The notes under the pieces were generated by a model, which saw only the letters and a program-made list of their open reading frames with translations, did not search any database and was not told the DNA's origin. From sequence record MW630116.1: DNA of 64,000 bases; one strand, written 5' to 3'. This document shows positions 52,230-60,864 of this stretch, piece after piece; position 1 is the first letter of the stretch; each line of letters begins with the position of its first letter. The translations under genes were made by a program, and so were the position numbers. This DNA is from Escherichia phage vB_EcoM-ZQ3.

Positions 52230-52772
52230 ATGAGAAAAGCACTACTCGCTGGTCTATTTGCTCTTTCATTATCAGCACATAGCTCCGAGCATACTTTTAG
52301 TAATGTCCAACTCGATAACTTGAATTATGCTTATCAGTTTGGGGAACAGTTTTCTAAGGACGGAAAATTTAAAACGCATGAAAATATGCATAAGAAAGGA
52401 CTTGGATACATAATGGCCGCAATACTATGGCAGGAATCATCTGCTGGTATTAATCTTAAAGATAAGAAAGGTCACCATGCGTATGGAATGTTCCAAAATT
52501 ATCTACCAACAATGAGGGCAAGAATTAACCAGCTTGGTTATAATATGTCTGATGCCCAAATTAAGAAAATGCTATCTAAGCGGTCTAATTCAGCCAGATG
52601 GGCTTATATCGAATTTTCTTATTGGTTAAATATACATAACGGGGATATAAGAAAAGCTATATCCTCATATAATGCGGGATGGAAGACAAGTGCTGGAAGT
52701 AAATATGCTTCTGAAGTCCTAGAAAAGGCTAATTACCTTAAATCAAATAAACTACTGGAAATAAAAGAATGA
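52230..52772 (+). CDS. secreted lytic transglycosylase-like protein (SLT domain)
   Basis: 180 aa; signal peptide; SLT motifs ILWQESS, YGMFQ, SYNAGW. Confidence 0.6.
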   Translation: MRKALLAGLFALSLSAHSSEHTFSNVQLDNLNYAYQFGEQFSKDGKFKTHENMHKKGLGYIMAAILWQESSAGINLKDKKGHHAYGMFQNYLPTMRARINQLGYNMSDAQIKKMLSKRSNSARWAYIEFSYWLNIHNGDIRKAISSYNAGWKTSAGSKYASEVLEKANYLKSNKLLEIKE

Positions 52773-53116
52773 CCAAAATGTTGGCTTTAATAGTTGGCTT
52801 GGTTTCATTTAACGCTCTTGCTAATACTACATATACTGATGTAACGGAGTATACAAACAGAACAGCGTCTGATTATTGTGGTAAAAGTCAAGAGTGTAAA
52901 GTAGATTTTTCACAAAAATTGTTATATGCGTATAAAGACGGAGAAAAAGATGGGGCGTCTAGTAGGTTCAAGGCGTCTACCTTAATTAAAAGATACTATA
53001 AAAAATGGCAAATATTAGAATGCTCGGTGGCGGAACCTAAAGATAAGGCAGCATGCAATTCTATGGTGGACCGTCTAGTTGACTCTTATACTAGAGGACT
53101 TGCAGCAAGTGATTAA
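52769..53116 (+). CDS. secreted protein
   Basis: 115 aa; signal peptide MTKMLALIVGLVSFNALA; four Cys. Confidence 0.5.
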   Translation: MTKMLALIVGLVSFNALANTTYTDVTEYTNRTASDYCGKSQECKVDFSQKLLYAYKDGEKDGASSRFKASTLIKRYYKKWQILECSVAEPKDKAACNSMVDRLVDSYTRGLAASD

Positions 53117-53576
53117 AAACTATATCAAGGGCGATATTGTCGCCCTGTTTTCTAAAGGTAATAATATTGCTCATGGGTGTAATTGTTTTCATACAATGGG
53201 CGCCGGTGTGGCAGGACAATTAGCAAAGGCTTATCCAAAAATTCTAGAAGCCGATAAACTTCAAACCGAATTCGGAGACGAGTCTAAACTCGGGACTTAT
53301 TCGGTTTATGAAAAATATTTTAAGACCCACAAAGCTTATTGCTTTAATCTTTATACGCAGTTTGAGCCGGGACCTAATTTTGAGTACTCTGCTTTAATGA
53401 ATTGTATAATAGAATTAAATAAATTCGGAAAGAATAAGATAACAAAGCCTGTAATTTATATGCCAAGAATTGGTGCAGGTATCGGTGGTGGAAACTGGGA
53501 CGTCATCGAAGAGATTTTAGATACGTATTCCACTAAACTAGAAATTGTGATTGTTGATTGGGAACCATTATTATGA
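53109..53576 (+). CDS. macro domain protein (ADP-ribose binding/hydrolase fold)
   Basis: about 155 aa, GTG start inferred from RBS spacing; motifs IAHGCNC..MGAGVAGQL and PRIGAGIGGG match macro-domain signatures. Confidence 0.7.
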   Translation: MIKNYIKGDIVALFSKGNNIAHGCNCFHTMGAGVAGQLAKAYPKILEADKLQTEFGDESKLGTYSVYEKYFKTHKAYCFNLYTQFEPGPNFEYSALMNCIIELNKFGKNKITKPVIYMPRIGAGIGGGNWDVIEEILDTYSTKLEIVIVDWEPLL

Positions 53577-53785
53577 ATATACATTATCCACATCCATATG
53601 ACCCAAAGAATAAGGCAGTAATTATTCGTCAATGGGAACGCATTTGTCGTACCAAATGTCCAATTAATAGTCCACATGATGTAGATAAAGACTACATCGG
53701 AACATTCGTTGAATATACTTTTATCGATAAGAAAGGCCGTAAACAACATGTAGAAGAATATTGCTTAAAGGTGACATGGTTATGA
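53573..53785 (+). CDS. hypothetical protein
   Basis: 70 aa from MNIHYPH; ATGA overlap; Cys/His-rich. Confidence 0.45.
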   Translation: MNIHYPHPYDPKNKAVIIRQWERICRTKCPINSPHDVDKDYIGTFVEYTFIDKKGRKQHVEEYCLKVTWL

Positions 53786-53967
53786 GTTTAAGTAAAGAAC
53801 AAAAAGACAGACTGTTTTCTCTTATTCACGAAGTTATGGATAAAAATAGTGAATTGGAAAAAGTTTGCGATGAATGCGGTCCTTTTAATACCGACGAATA
53901 CGAAGAACTGTGTAAAGATTTCGACGATAAAGAACAAGAACTTATTGATTATATAAATTCCTTATGA
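53782..53967 (+). CDS. hypothetical protein
   Basis: 61 aa from MSLSKEQ; acidic. Confidence 0.45.
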   Translation: MSLSKEQKDRLFSLIHEVMDKNSELEKVCDECGPFNTDEYEELCKDFDDKEQELIDYINSL

Positions 53968-54161
53968 TTACTCGCGAACAAAAGAATGAAATACGATTTT
54001 TAATCAGCGAAATTATTAGTTTAGAACGAGATTTATCTTTTGAATTGGCTTCGGATTATGGAGATGCTGAAACATACTACGAATTAGTAAAATCTATCGA
54101 TAAAGCTGAAAATGATTTAGAAACATATTTAGAAAATTTAACTAAGGACTCTTATGGCTAG
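53964..54161 (+). CDS. hypothetical protein
   Basis: 65 aa; ATGA overlap. Confidence 0.45.
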   Translation: MITREQKNEIRFLISEIISLERDLSFELASDYGDAETYYELVKSIDKAENDLETYLENLTKDSYG

Positions 54162-54735
54162 TTTAATTTTTACATATGCCGCTATGAACGCTGGTAAGTC
54201 TGCTTCATTACTTACTGCCGCACATAACTATAAAGAACGTGGCATGGGTGTATTAGTTCTTAAACCGGCTATTGATACTCGCGATTCAAAAGGTGAAATA
54301 GTCTCTCGTATTGGTATTCGTCAGGACGCCAATATAATTACAAAAGACATGGATATCTTTGAATTCTATAAATGGGCTGCAGCACAAAAGGATATTCATT
54401 GTGTATTTGTTGACGAAGCTCAGTTCTTAACTACTGAAAAGGTGTATCAACTTAGTCGTATTGTTGACGTATACAATGTGCCGGTAATGGCATATGGACT
54501 ACGAACAGATTTTAAAGGTAATCTATTTGAAGGTTCTCAAGCATTAATGGCTATTGCCGATAAGCTTGTTGAACTTAAAGGCGTCTGTCATTGTGGTAAA
54601 AAGGCCACAATGGTAGCTAGAGTCACGGAAGACGGACTTCCAATTACAGATGGCAGTCAAATTGAAATTGGTGATACTGATAGATATGTGTCATTATGCC
54701 GGAAGCATTGGAATGATTTGACAGGGTTGTTATAA
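54154..54735 (+). CDS. tk: thymidine kinase
   Basis: 193 aa; P-loop MNAGKSAS; Zn ribbon CHCGKKAT...LCRKH; same length as T4 Tk. Confidence 0.92.
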   Translation: MASLIFTYAAMNAGKSASLLTAAHNYKERGMGVLVLKPAIDTRDSKGEIVSRIGIRQDANIITKDMDIFEFYKWAAAQKDIHCVFVDEAQFLTTEKVYQLSRIVDVYNVPVMAYGLRTDFKGNLFEGSQALMAIADKLVELKGVCHCGKKATMVARVTEDGLPITDGSQIEIGDTDRYVSLCRKHWNDLTGLL

Positions 54736-54762
54736 ATACTAATATCTAACCAAGAGGTATAT

Positions 54763-54975
54763 ATGCAGCAATTAAACGAAAGACAACTTCGTAATCTTAC
54801 TGTAACCCAACTGGATGAAATCCGAAGAGAATTAGGACATTCTATTTCTCATTTAAACGAGGATATCCGTCAAACTGGTTCTAAAGCTGATTATACACGC
54901 AAGCGCAAGCTGGAAAAATACCTCACAGATGTTAAGGCCGTCCAAAGGCGAAAAATAAATACTGGCCAAAATTAA
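54763..54975 (+). CDS. hypothetical protein (rI.1 position)
   Basis: 70 aa basic protein between tk and rI. Confidence 0.5.
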   Translation: MQQLNERQLRNLTVTQLDEIRRELGHSISHLNEDIRQTGSKADYTRKRKLEKYLTDVKAVQRRKINTGQN

Positions 54976-54987
54976 CAGGAGGCCTAT

Positions 54988-55290
54988 ATGGCCTTAAGAG
55001 CGATAGCTGTCATGGCGATGCTGGGGTTTTTTGCAGCAACAACTCCTATCGTTGGTACTGCGTACACCGACCCATATTTTGATAACTTTATGGAATCAGG
55101 GATTAAAAACGTATATACTTTGTTTGAAATTCAAAATGTCGAGAATTCTGAAAAATTCTATAAGTATATGGCAAAGCATTACAAAAATAGCCCCTGTGAT
55201 GATGCATTTGAATGTCATGAACAAGGCATAAAAACTGCCAGACAATTTGCCGAGTTCATGAAAATAAAATTAGAGCCTACATCTATCTAA
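54988..55290 (+). CDS. rI: lysis inhibition regulator RI (antiholin)
   Basis: 100 aa; signal-anchor then DPYFDNFMESGIKNVYTLFE...CDDAFECHEQG as recalled for T4 RI. Confidence 0.85.
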   Translation: MALRAIAVMAMLGFFAATTPIVGTAYTDPYFDNFMESGIKNVYTLFEIQNVENSEKFYKYMAKHYKNSPCDDAFECHEQGIKTARQFAEFMKIKLEPTSI

Positions 55291-55296
55291 TTTAAT

Positions 55297-55326
55297 AGCC
55301 CCTTCCTTATGGTTGGGGCTTTTTTG
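55297..55326 (+). terminator. intrinsic terminator
   Basis: AGCCCCTTCC-TTAT-GGTTGGGGCT then TTTTTTG; near-duplicate of terminator at 39589. Confidence 0.55.
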
Positions 55327-55335
55327 CATTTAGCA

Positions 55336-55375
55336 GTTTACTTCTCCTCAGGTTGTGTTATAGTAGTCCTTACTT
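55336..55375 (+). promoter_or_regulatory. early promoter cassette with anti-SD arm
   Basis: GTTTAC...TTATAGTAG; TCTCCTC in spacer complementary to GAGGAGA at SD. Confidence 0.5.
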
Positions 55376-55391
55376 ACTAGAGGAGAACGTT

Positions 55392-55571
55392 ATGTCACGT
55401 AAAGAAAAAATTTCTAAGTTAATGTTTTTGATTGAAGAGTACGCTAATGCGGTATCTGATTGGGAAAATGCTCATGGTTGCGAAGATGGAGACATCGACA
55501 TTAACAGAGCTATGAAAAAGATGGCTGATACGCACACCGAATTGCAAATGTATGTTAACGAGATTATGTGA
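55392..55571 (+). CDS. hypothetical small protein
   Basis: 59 aa from MSRKEKISKL. Confidence 0.45.
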   Translation: MSRKEKISKLMFLIEEYANAVSDWENAHGCEDGDIDINRAMKKMADTHTELQMYVNEIM

Positions 55572-55578
55572 GGATATT

Positions 55579-55743
55579 ATGCTTTACGATTATACTGGAA
55601 AATCTGAAGACGGTGTACTTGAACTTTTACCTGAAAGCGCTGAAGATGATATGGTGGTGATATATTGTGTTGGTTGTCAATCAATGCATGATGAAATTTT
55701 TAAACGTGAACCAAGAAACTGTTGGCACAGGAGCATGAGATGA
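55579..55743 (+). CDS. small Cys-rich protein, paralog A (MLYD..SEDGV)
   Basis: 54 aa; RBS GAGGAT. Confidence 0.4.
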   Translation: MLYDYTGKSEDGVLELLPESAEDDMVVIYCVGCQSMHDEIFKREPRNCWHRSMR

Positions 55744-55834
55744 TTTATTATCTTGAACCTTGGGCTTGGTTAACAATGGCTGTAGGACCTGTTTTAATTG
55801 GTTTATTCTTTTCATGGTTAGCGAGGAAACTGTA

Positions 55835-56050
55835 ATGTTATATGACCCAAGCGGTTGTTCTGAAGATGGTGTGATTGTTCTGGAGCCTGAGCATCCAGTT
55901 GGTGATGTATATCGCACCGTTGAAGTATGCGAATGTAATTTCGTTGAAGGTAATACTGGCGGAATTTCCATTGAGCAAGATGATGATGTTATTTACCTGG
56001 ATGCAAGCCAAGTAGAAGCTCTTTATAGCATTTTAAAACATAATCGGTAG
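55835..56050 (+). CDS. small Cys-rich protein, paralog B (MLYD..SEDGV)
   Basis: 71 aa; RBS GAGGAA; shares N-terminal MLYDxxGxSEDGVxxLxPE with paralog A. Confidence 0.45.
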   Translation: MLYDPSGCSEDGVIVLEPEHPVGDVYRTVEVCECNFVEGNTGGISIEQDDDVIYLDASQVEALYSILKHNR

Positions 56051-56090
56051 TTTACGTCTTGGTAGGACTATGATATAGTAATCCTACCAA
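56050..56090 (+). promoter_or_regulatory. early promoter cassette with palindrome
   Basis: GTTTAC then GGTAGGACTA/TAATCCTACC inverted repeat. Confidence 0.5.
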
Positions 56091-56214
56091 AACAAATGGA
56101 GAACAAAATGAAACTTTTGCTTATCGCTTATGTTGTAGTACAATACAATTATCCGATGTTTACTTATAACATGGTAAACGGCATAGTGAATCTTATTGAA
56201 ACGAGTATGGTAAA

Positions 56215-56394
56215 ATGACCCGTGAACAAGCTAATAAATTGATGGACCTTATCCGTGACTTACGTGAAGCCGATTCAGATTTGAGTGATGTAGCTTATCA
56301 TGCGGTAAATGATAACGGAGACTTTTATGAAAATCAGGTTGATGCTTGCCAGAATGCTTTGGTGAATTTTGTTGAAACTTTAATTGGTGAATAA
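56215..56394 (+). CDS. hypothetical small acidic protein
   Basis: 59 aa from MTREQANKLMDLIRDL. Confidence 0.4.
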   Translation: MTREQANKLMDLIRDLREADSDLSDVAYHAVNDNGDFYENQVDACQNALVNFVETLIGE

Positions 56395-56395
56395 T

Positions 56396-56926
56396 ATGAA
56401 AACTGTAATTGAAACAACCGAGTTGTTTGGTGATTTATGTATCGAAAAACGTGGTTATGTGTATGTTCTGACACAAGAAGATGATGCTGCTACTATTCTT
56501 CCTATGGAACTGGACAAGATTTTGAAACTCAATCCACCAGGTCATGCATCTGTAATTAACATTAATGAAGACCTTCAAGTTCGTTTTTATCATGGACTTT
56601 ATAGTGGGGTTAATATCGAAACTGAAGACGAATGTTTTTCTATTAATAATTGGAAAACATTCGTCACTAAGGTGAAAGAATTCGTGGAATCTGAAACAGC
56701 CAAAAAGGCCAAACTTCAATGGGCTAAATGCCGTAATGCTTTTATTACAAATCCGGCCAACCCTGTCTCTACAACGGTCTTAGGCGTTAATCCTTCTTAT
56801 GAAGATGGTGATGTCGTAGTTATTCGTCAAATTGATGACCTTCGTCAACATATCATTACATTAGACAAAGATGAAGCAGTTGCTCTTAAAGCTTATCTTG
56901 ATTCTATTATCCCGACTTTGAAATAA
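56396..56926 (+). CDS. hypothetical protein
   Basis: 176 aa from MKTVIETTELFG. Confidence 0.5.
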   Translation: MKTVIETTELFGDLCIEKRGYVYVLTQEDDAATILPMELDKILKLNPPGHASVININEDLQVRFYHGLYSGVNIETEDECFSINNWKTFVTKVKEFVESETAKKAKLQWAKCRNAFITNPANPVSTTVLGVNPSYEDGDVVVIRQIDDLRQHIITLDKDEAVALKAYLDSIIPTLK

Positions 56927-56935
56927 GGAATTATT

Positions 56936-57409
56936 ATGATTATCAATGAAAACTCTTGGCACTTTAAAATTTATGCCGCGTTCAATAGTACATGGAATCG
57001 TCCGAAAACGTTGTGTGCTTATTTTTGGAAAACGTTAATCCCGGTATTGGCTGTTTCAATTATTGGATTTGCGATTTTAGCAGCAGTAACAATCATTGGC
57101 CAAGAAATTTTAACTAGATTCTTTGTTTTTAGCAGTCTATGGACATTAGTTCCGGCCTCAATTGGTGTAGGCATTTTAATGGTAGCAGTCATGGCTTTTA
57201 TTTCTGCCGGGTTGGTAATTGGTCCGTCTTGGTTGTTAGACAAATATAACGACAGAAAATATTATAAAGAAATTGAGCTCATTGCGCGAAACCAAGAACG
57301 AATTAAAAATGGACTTGAGCCTATTGAACGTAAGAAATCATTAATAGGTGAATACCTTAAAGCTCGTAAAGAAAAAATCTGTCCTACTCTTGAATATAAG
57401 GCTAAATAA
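56936..57409 (+). CDS. membrane protein
   Basis: 157 aa; three hydrophobic helices. Confidence 0.5.
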   Translation: MIINENSWHFKIYAAFNSTWNRPKTLCAYFWKTLIPVLAVSIIGFAILAAVTIIGQEILTRFFVFSSLWTLVPASIGVGILMVAVMAFISAGLVIGPSWLLDKYNDRKYYKEIELIARNQERIKNGLEPIERKKSLIGEYLKARKEKICPTLEYKAK

Positions 57410-58395
57410 TGAAAACGATTGTTAAGGCTTACTTTGGTAGCCACCTTTATGGAACGTCTACTCCTGAATCTGACGTCGATTTTAAAGAAATTTATGTCCC
57501 TCACGCTCGTGATATCTTGACCGGTAACGTTAAAGAACACATGAGCAAGAACACGAATAACACATCTTCTAAGAACACAAAAGACGACGTGGACCATGAG
57601 TTGTATAGTCTCAAATATTTCTTTAAACTAGCTGCAGATGGCGAAACCGTCGCATTAGATATGCTTCACACTCCACCAAGTTTAGTAGTTAAATCTGATT
57701 TGCCTGATGTATGGAAGTATATTCAAGATAACAGGTCTCGTTTCTATACCACTAACATGAAATCTTATTTAGGGTATGTCCGTAAGCAAGCTTCTAAATA
57801 CGGTGTCAAGGGTTCTCGACTGGCTGTTCTTCGTCAAGCCCTTAAACGTTCTAATGAATGGGGACAATACTTTGATAATGGTGCAGTAATTCGTTTATCA
57901 CATATGAAGAATGTTCTGCCTGTAGGTGAATTTGCTTCGTGGGTTGAAACCGAAAACGAGAAAACAGGTAAGCAAACATTCTATAATCTGTTAGACCGTA
58001 AATTCCAAGACACATTAACCAATAAAGAGTTCAATGCCATCCTGGTTAAACTAGAAGAGAACTATGGCGAACGTGCTCGTAAGGCAGAAGCTAACGAAGG
58101 TATTGACTGGAAAGCATTGAGTCATGCATGTCGTGGTGGACTTCAACTATTAGAAATTTATAAAACCGGCGACCTGGTTTACCCACTTCAGGATGCTCCA
58201 TTTATTCTCGATGTTAAGCTTGGTAAACATACGTTTAAAACTGTACAAGAATTCCTAGAAGATATCGTTGACCAAGTTGAACATGCGTCAGAACAAGCTG
58301 CCAAGAACGGTATGCAACAAAAAGTAGATATGAGTTTCTGGGATGATTTCCTTGAACAAGTCTATCTCGAAAATCATAATTCTTACTATAAATAA
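57409..58395 (+). CDS. predicted nucleotidyltransferase (Pol-beta superfamily)
   Basis: 328 aa; N-terminal motif YFGSHLYGTSTPESDVDF (hG[GS]x9-13Dh[DE]h). Confidence 0.6.
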   Translation: MKTIVKAYFGSHLYGTSTPESDVDFKEIYVPHARDILTGNVKEHMSKNTNNTSSKNTKDDVDHELYSLKYFFKLAADGETVALDMLHTPPSLVVKSDLPDVWKYIQDNRSRFYTTNMKSYLGYVRKQASKYGVKGSRLAVLRQALKRSNEWGQYFDNGAVIRLSHMKNVLPVGEFASWVETENEKTGKQTFYNLLDRKFQDTLTNKEFNAILVKLEENYGERARKAEANEGIDWKALSHACRGGLQLLEIYKTGDLVYPLQDAPFILDVKLGKHTFKTVQEFLEDIVDQVEHASEQAAKNGMQQKVDMSFWDDFLEQVYLENHNSYYK

Positions 58396-58426
58396 GTAGA
58401 TAAATAACCATTAACTTGAGGTAAAT

Positions 58427-58690
58427 ATGAAAAAATTAGTAATTGGTTTATTCGCAGTAATGATGGCATTCTCTGTTGGTGCTACCACGGGTGCAGTTGG
58501 TGGTAACCAGACTTCTGGGCCTTCTAATGGTTCGGTAAATGCATCACATTCTCAGGGTATTGAGAACATTAGATCAAGCTATATTAATAGCACAGCCGGA
58601 CAAGCAACTGAAGCATGGTCAAAGGGCCGAGTAGTTACTCGCTCCGTATTCTGTGATATGCCTAATTATGTTGCTAAGTGCGATAAGTAA
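58427..58690 (+). CDS. small secreted protein
   Basis: 87 aa; signal peptide MKKLVIGLFAVMMAFSVGA. Confidence 0.5.
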   Translation: MKKLVIGLFAVMMAFSVGATTGAVGGNQTSGPSNGSVNASHSQGIENIRSSYINSTAGQATEAWSKGRVVTRSVFCDMPNYVAKCDK

Positions 58691-58695
58691 ATGTG

Positions 58696-58711
58696 GGGAC
58701 CTTCGGGTCCC
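58696..58711 (+). terminator. hairpin GGGACC-TTCG-GGTCCC
   Basis: perfect 6-bp stem with UUCG loop right after stop at 58690. Confidence 0.4.
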
Positions 58712-58743
58712 TTTAGGGGGTTAAAATATTTTTAAAAAAGTAG

Positions 58744-58783
58744 TGTACATGCTTTTAGGATATGTTATTATAGACCTATCGAA
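58744..58783 (+). promoter_or_regulatory. early promoter cassette (variant -35 GTGTAC)
   Basis: GTGTAC...TTATTATAGACCTATC leader. Confidence 0.4.
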
Positions 58784-58809
58784 ACGAAATGAGTAAATTG
58801 GAGAATAAA

Positions 58810-59790
58810 ATGTTCAACGTTCAAATCAAAAAAGGTATCTATCGTAATAACGAAATCTCTGGTTCTTATGTCGCCACAAAGACATGGTTCCCGGCAAAGC
58901 TTAATCCTGAATGTTCCCACTTAGGTGATGGTAAAATTTTCGTTATGATTGATGGTTCTGAACGTGGAGTATGGGTCTTCAAATCAGACATCGTAATGGA
59001 AGGAGTTGAGACATCACCAGTTGCAGTTGTTGAAAGCACTGAAGATATGAAAACTCGTATCAACAAACGCTTTAAAGTAATGAACATGATGACGAATGGC
59101 ATTATCGATGGCAAAATTCGTTCACTCATTATTTCAGGTGCAGCTGGTATTGGTAAGACGTATTCTCTGGATAAAGCACTTAATAATGCTAATGATAATG
59201 GTTTCATCAAATACAAAAGCATTAATGGTAAAATCTCTGGTATTGGCCTTTACGAACAACTTTGGCTCAACCGTGATGCAGACAGCGTTCTCTTAATCGA
59301 CGACGTTGACGTATTCTCGGATATGGACATCTTGAACCTTCTTAAAGCAGCATTAGATACTGGAGATAAACGCAAAGTTTGCTGGAGCACTGCGTCATCT
59401 TATCTCGATGATAAGGGTATTGATAAAGAATTTGAGTTTGAAGGTACTATCGTTTTCATTACAAACGTTGATATCGATAAAGAGTTAGAACGCGGTTCGA
59501 AGCTTGCCCCACACCTTCAAGCTTTAGTATCTCGTTCAGTGTATCTCGACCTTGGAGTACACTCTAATGAAGAGATTATGGTTCGAGTTGAAGATGTAAT
59601 ATTATCTACTGACATGATGCAGAAACGTGGTCTGACAGATGCAGAAACGTATAAAGCATTGTCCTGGATGAAGGCCAACGTATCTCGTCTTCGCAATGTA
59701 TCATTACGTACGGCTCTTTATGTAGCAGATTTTATTTCAACTGATAAAGATGGTTGGGAAGAAATCTCTGAAGTAACTTTACTGAAATAA
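58810..59790 (+). CDS. P-loop ATPase (AAA-like)
   Basis: 326 aa from MFNVQIKKG; Walker A GAAGIGKT; Walker B VLLIDDVD. Confidence 0.6.
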   Translation: MFNVQIKKGIYRNNEISGSYVATKTWFPAKLNPECSHLGDGKIFVMIDGSERGVWVFKSDIVMEGVETSPVAVVESTEDMKTRINKRFKVMNMMTNGIIDGKIRSLIISGAAGIGKTYSLDKALNNANDNGFIKYKSINGKISGIGLYEQLWLNRDADSVLLIDDVDVFSDMDILNLLKAALDTGDKRKVCWSTASSYLDDKGIDKEFEFEGTIVFITNVDIDKELERGSKLAPHLQALVSRSVYLDLGVHSNEEIMVRVEDVILSTDMMQKRGLTDAETYKALSWMKANVSRLRNVSLRTALYVADFISTDKDGWEEISEVTLLK

Positions 59791-59928
59791 GCTTATAGGA
59801 AGTTCTGAGGTAACAAAAGCCATAAAGATGAATAATCATATGGCTTACCTCAAAGAAGGACACCAGGAACCTACTGAGGGCATAGAAATATTTAAAAATA
59901 ATGGTGTACAAATCAAAGAGGATATGTT

Positions 59929-60216
59929 ATGGATTTTATGCAAAAAATTAAAGCCGCAGTCGAACTGTATGCTCATCGTATGGTTAGTTCTACGATGCAA
60001 TACAGCGAGGAGGTTCGCCAGGACTCTTCCTTGAAAGGAAAAACTAAAGCCTTAATTACCTTAGACCGTCTACAAAAGAATGCCCTAGAGTTGTTACAGT
60101 ACGACAAGGATGCATATAAGAAAGAACAGGAAGAGAAACTTAAATCTGAAAAATTACAAAAAATCCCGAAATCGGTTTGGTTCAGCGGAAAAAATACCGA
60201 AAAAAGTTTCTTTTAG
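59929..60216 (+). CDS. hypothetical protein
   Basis: 95 aa; RBS AGAGGA 8 nt upstream; Lys/Glu-rich. Confidence 0.45.
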   Translation: MDFMQKIKAAVELYAHRMVSSTMQYSEEVRQDSSLKGKTKALITLDRLQKNALELLQYDKDAYKKEQEEKLKSEKLQKIPKSVWFSGKNTEKSFF

Positions 60217-60217
60217 T

Positions 60218-60257
60218 TGTTTACAAGGTCTATGGTTGTGTTATTATAGACCTATCA
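60218..60257 (+). promoter_or_regulatory. early promoter cassette
   Basis: GTTTAC with AGGTCTA/TAGACCT inverted repeat. Confidence 0.5.
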
Positions 60258-60274
60258 ACTACTGGAGGTAAAAC

Positions 60275-60715
60275 ATGAACGCTAAAGATATTTTCAACCT
60301 GGTAAATTATAACGACGGTAAATTTAAATCTGAAGCACAAAGCAAGTTCTTTAATGACGTTGCTTATGGTAACGAGATTACCGTAGACGGAGGTCAGATT
60401 TTCAAATCTCGCTGGAATTGGATTGTTATCATCGATTCAGTTGGAATTGTGGAAGTCTACAAAAACACTAACAAAAAACGTACATTATTCTGGTCTCGTG
60501 AAACTAACGAGCAGTACAAAAAGGATAAAGCATCTCGTTTATCCAAAGTAACCCAGGAAGATATCGAGTTTATCAAGAAAGATATCGAGATGTACGAAAA
60601 TTTAATCGCTGAAGACCAGGCAGTACTCGATAAGTTTGATGAAATTAAAGCTTCTCGTGAAATCCCTGACTTCATGAAAGAAACAGTAAATGAACGATAC
60701 GCTCTCACTTCATAA
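60275..60715 (+). CDS. hypothetical protein
   Basis: 146 aa; GGAGG RBS. Confidence 0.55.
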   Translation: MNAKDIFNLVNYNDGKFKSEAQSKFFNDVAYGNEITVDGGQIFKSRWNWIVIIDSVGIVEVYKNTNKKRTLFWSRETNEQYKKDKASRLSKVTQEDIEFIKKDIEMYENLIAEDQAVLDKFDEIKASREIPDFMKETVNERYALTS

Positions 60716-60864
60716 CGTATTGCAAACTATACAAAACAGAAATCAGAACGTATTAGTACTCTTCGGAAATTTGAAGAACGTTTAAAGACGGTTCACGCAT
60801 AAACGCTTTACCCAAGGACGGGTTATAATGGTTTTGAGTTCCAATTCAATCTGAGGAAATAGTT

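Noticed and set aside
55031-55231. 66-aa alternative-frame ORF inside rI
   Set aside because: Nested in the well-supported rI reading frame.
59828-60034. 68-aa ORF (MNNHMAYLKEG...) overlapping the start of ORF 59929
   Set aside because: Weak RBS and junk-like C-terminal half; the overlapping frame from 59929 has a good RBS and protein-like composition.
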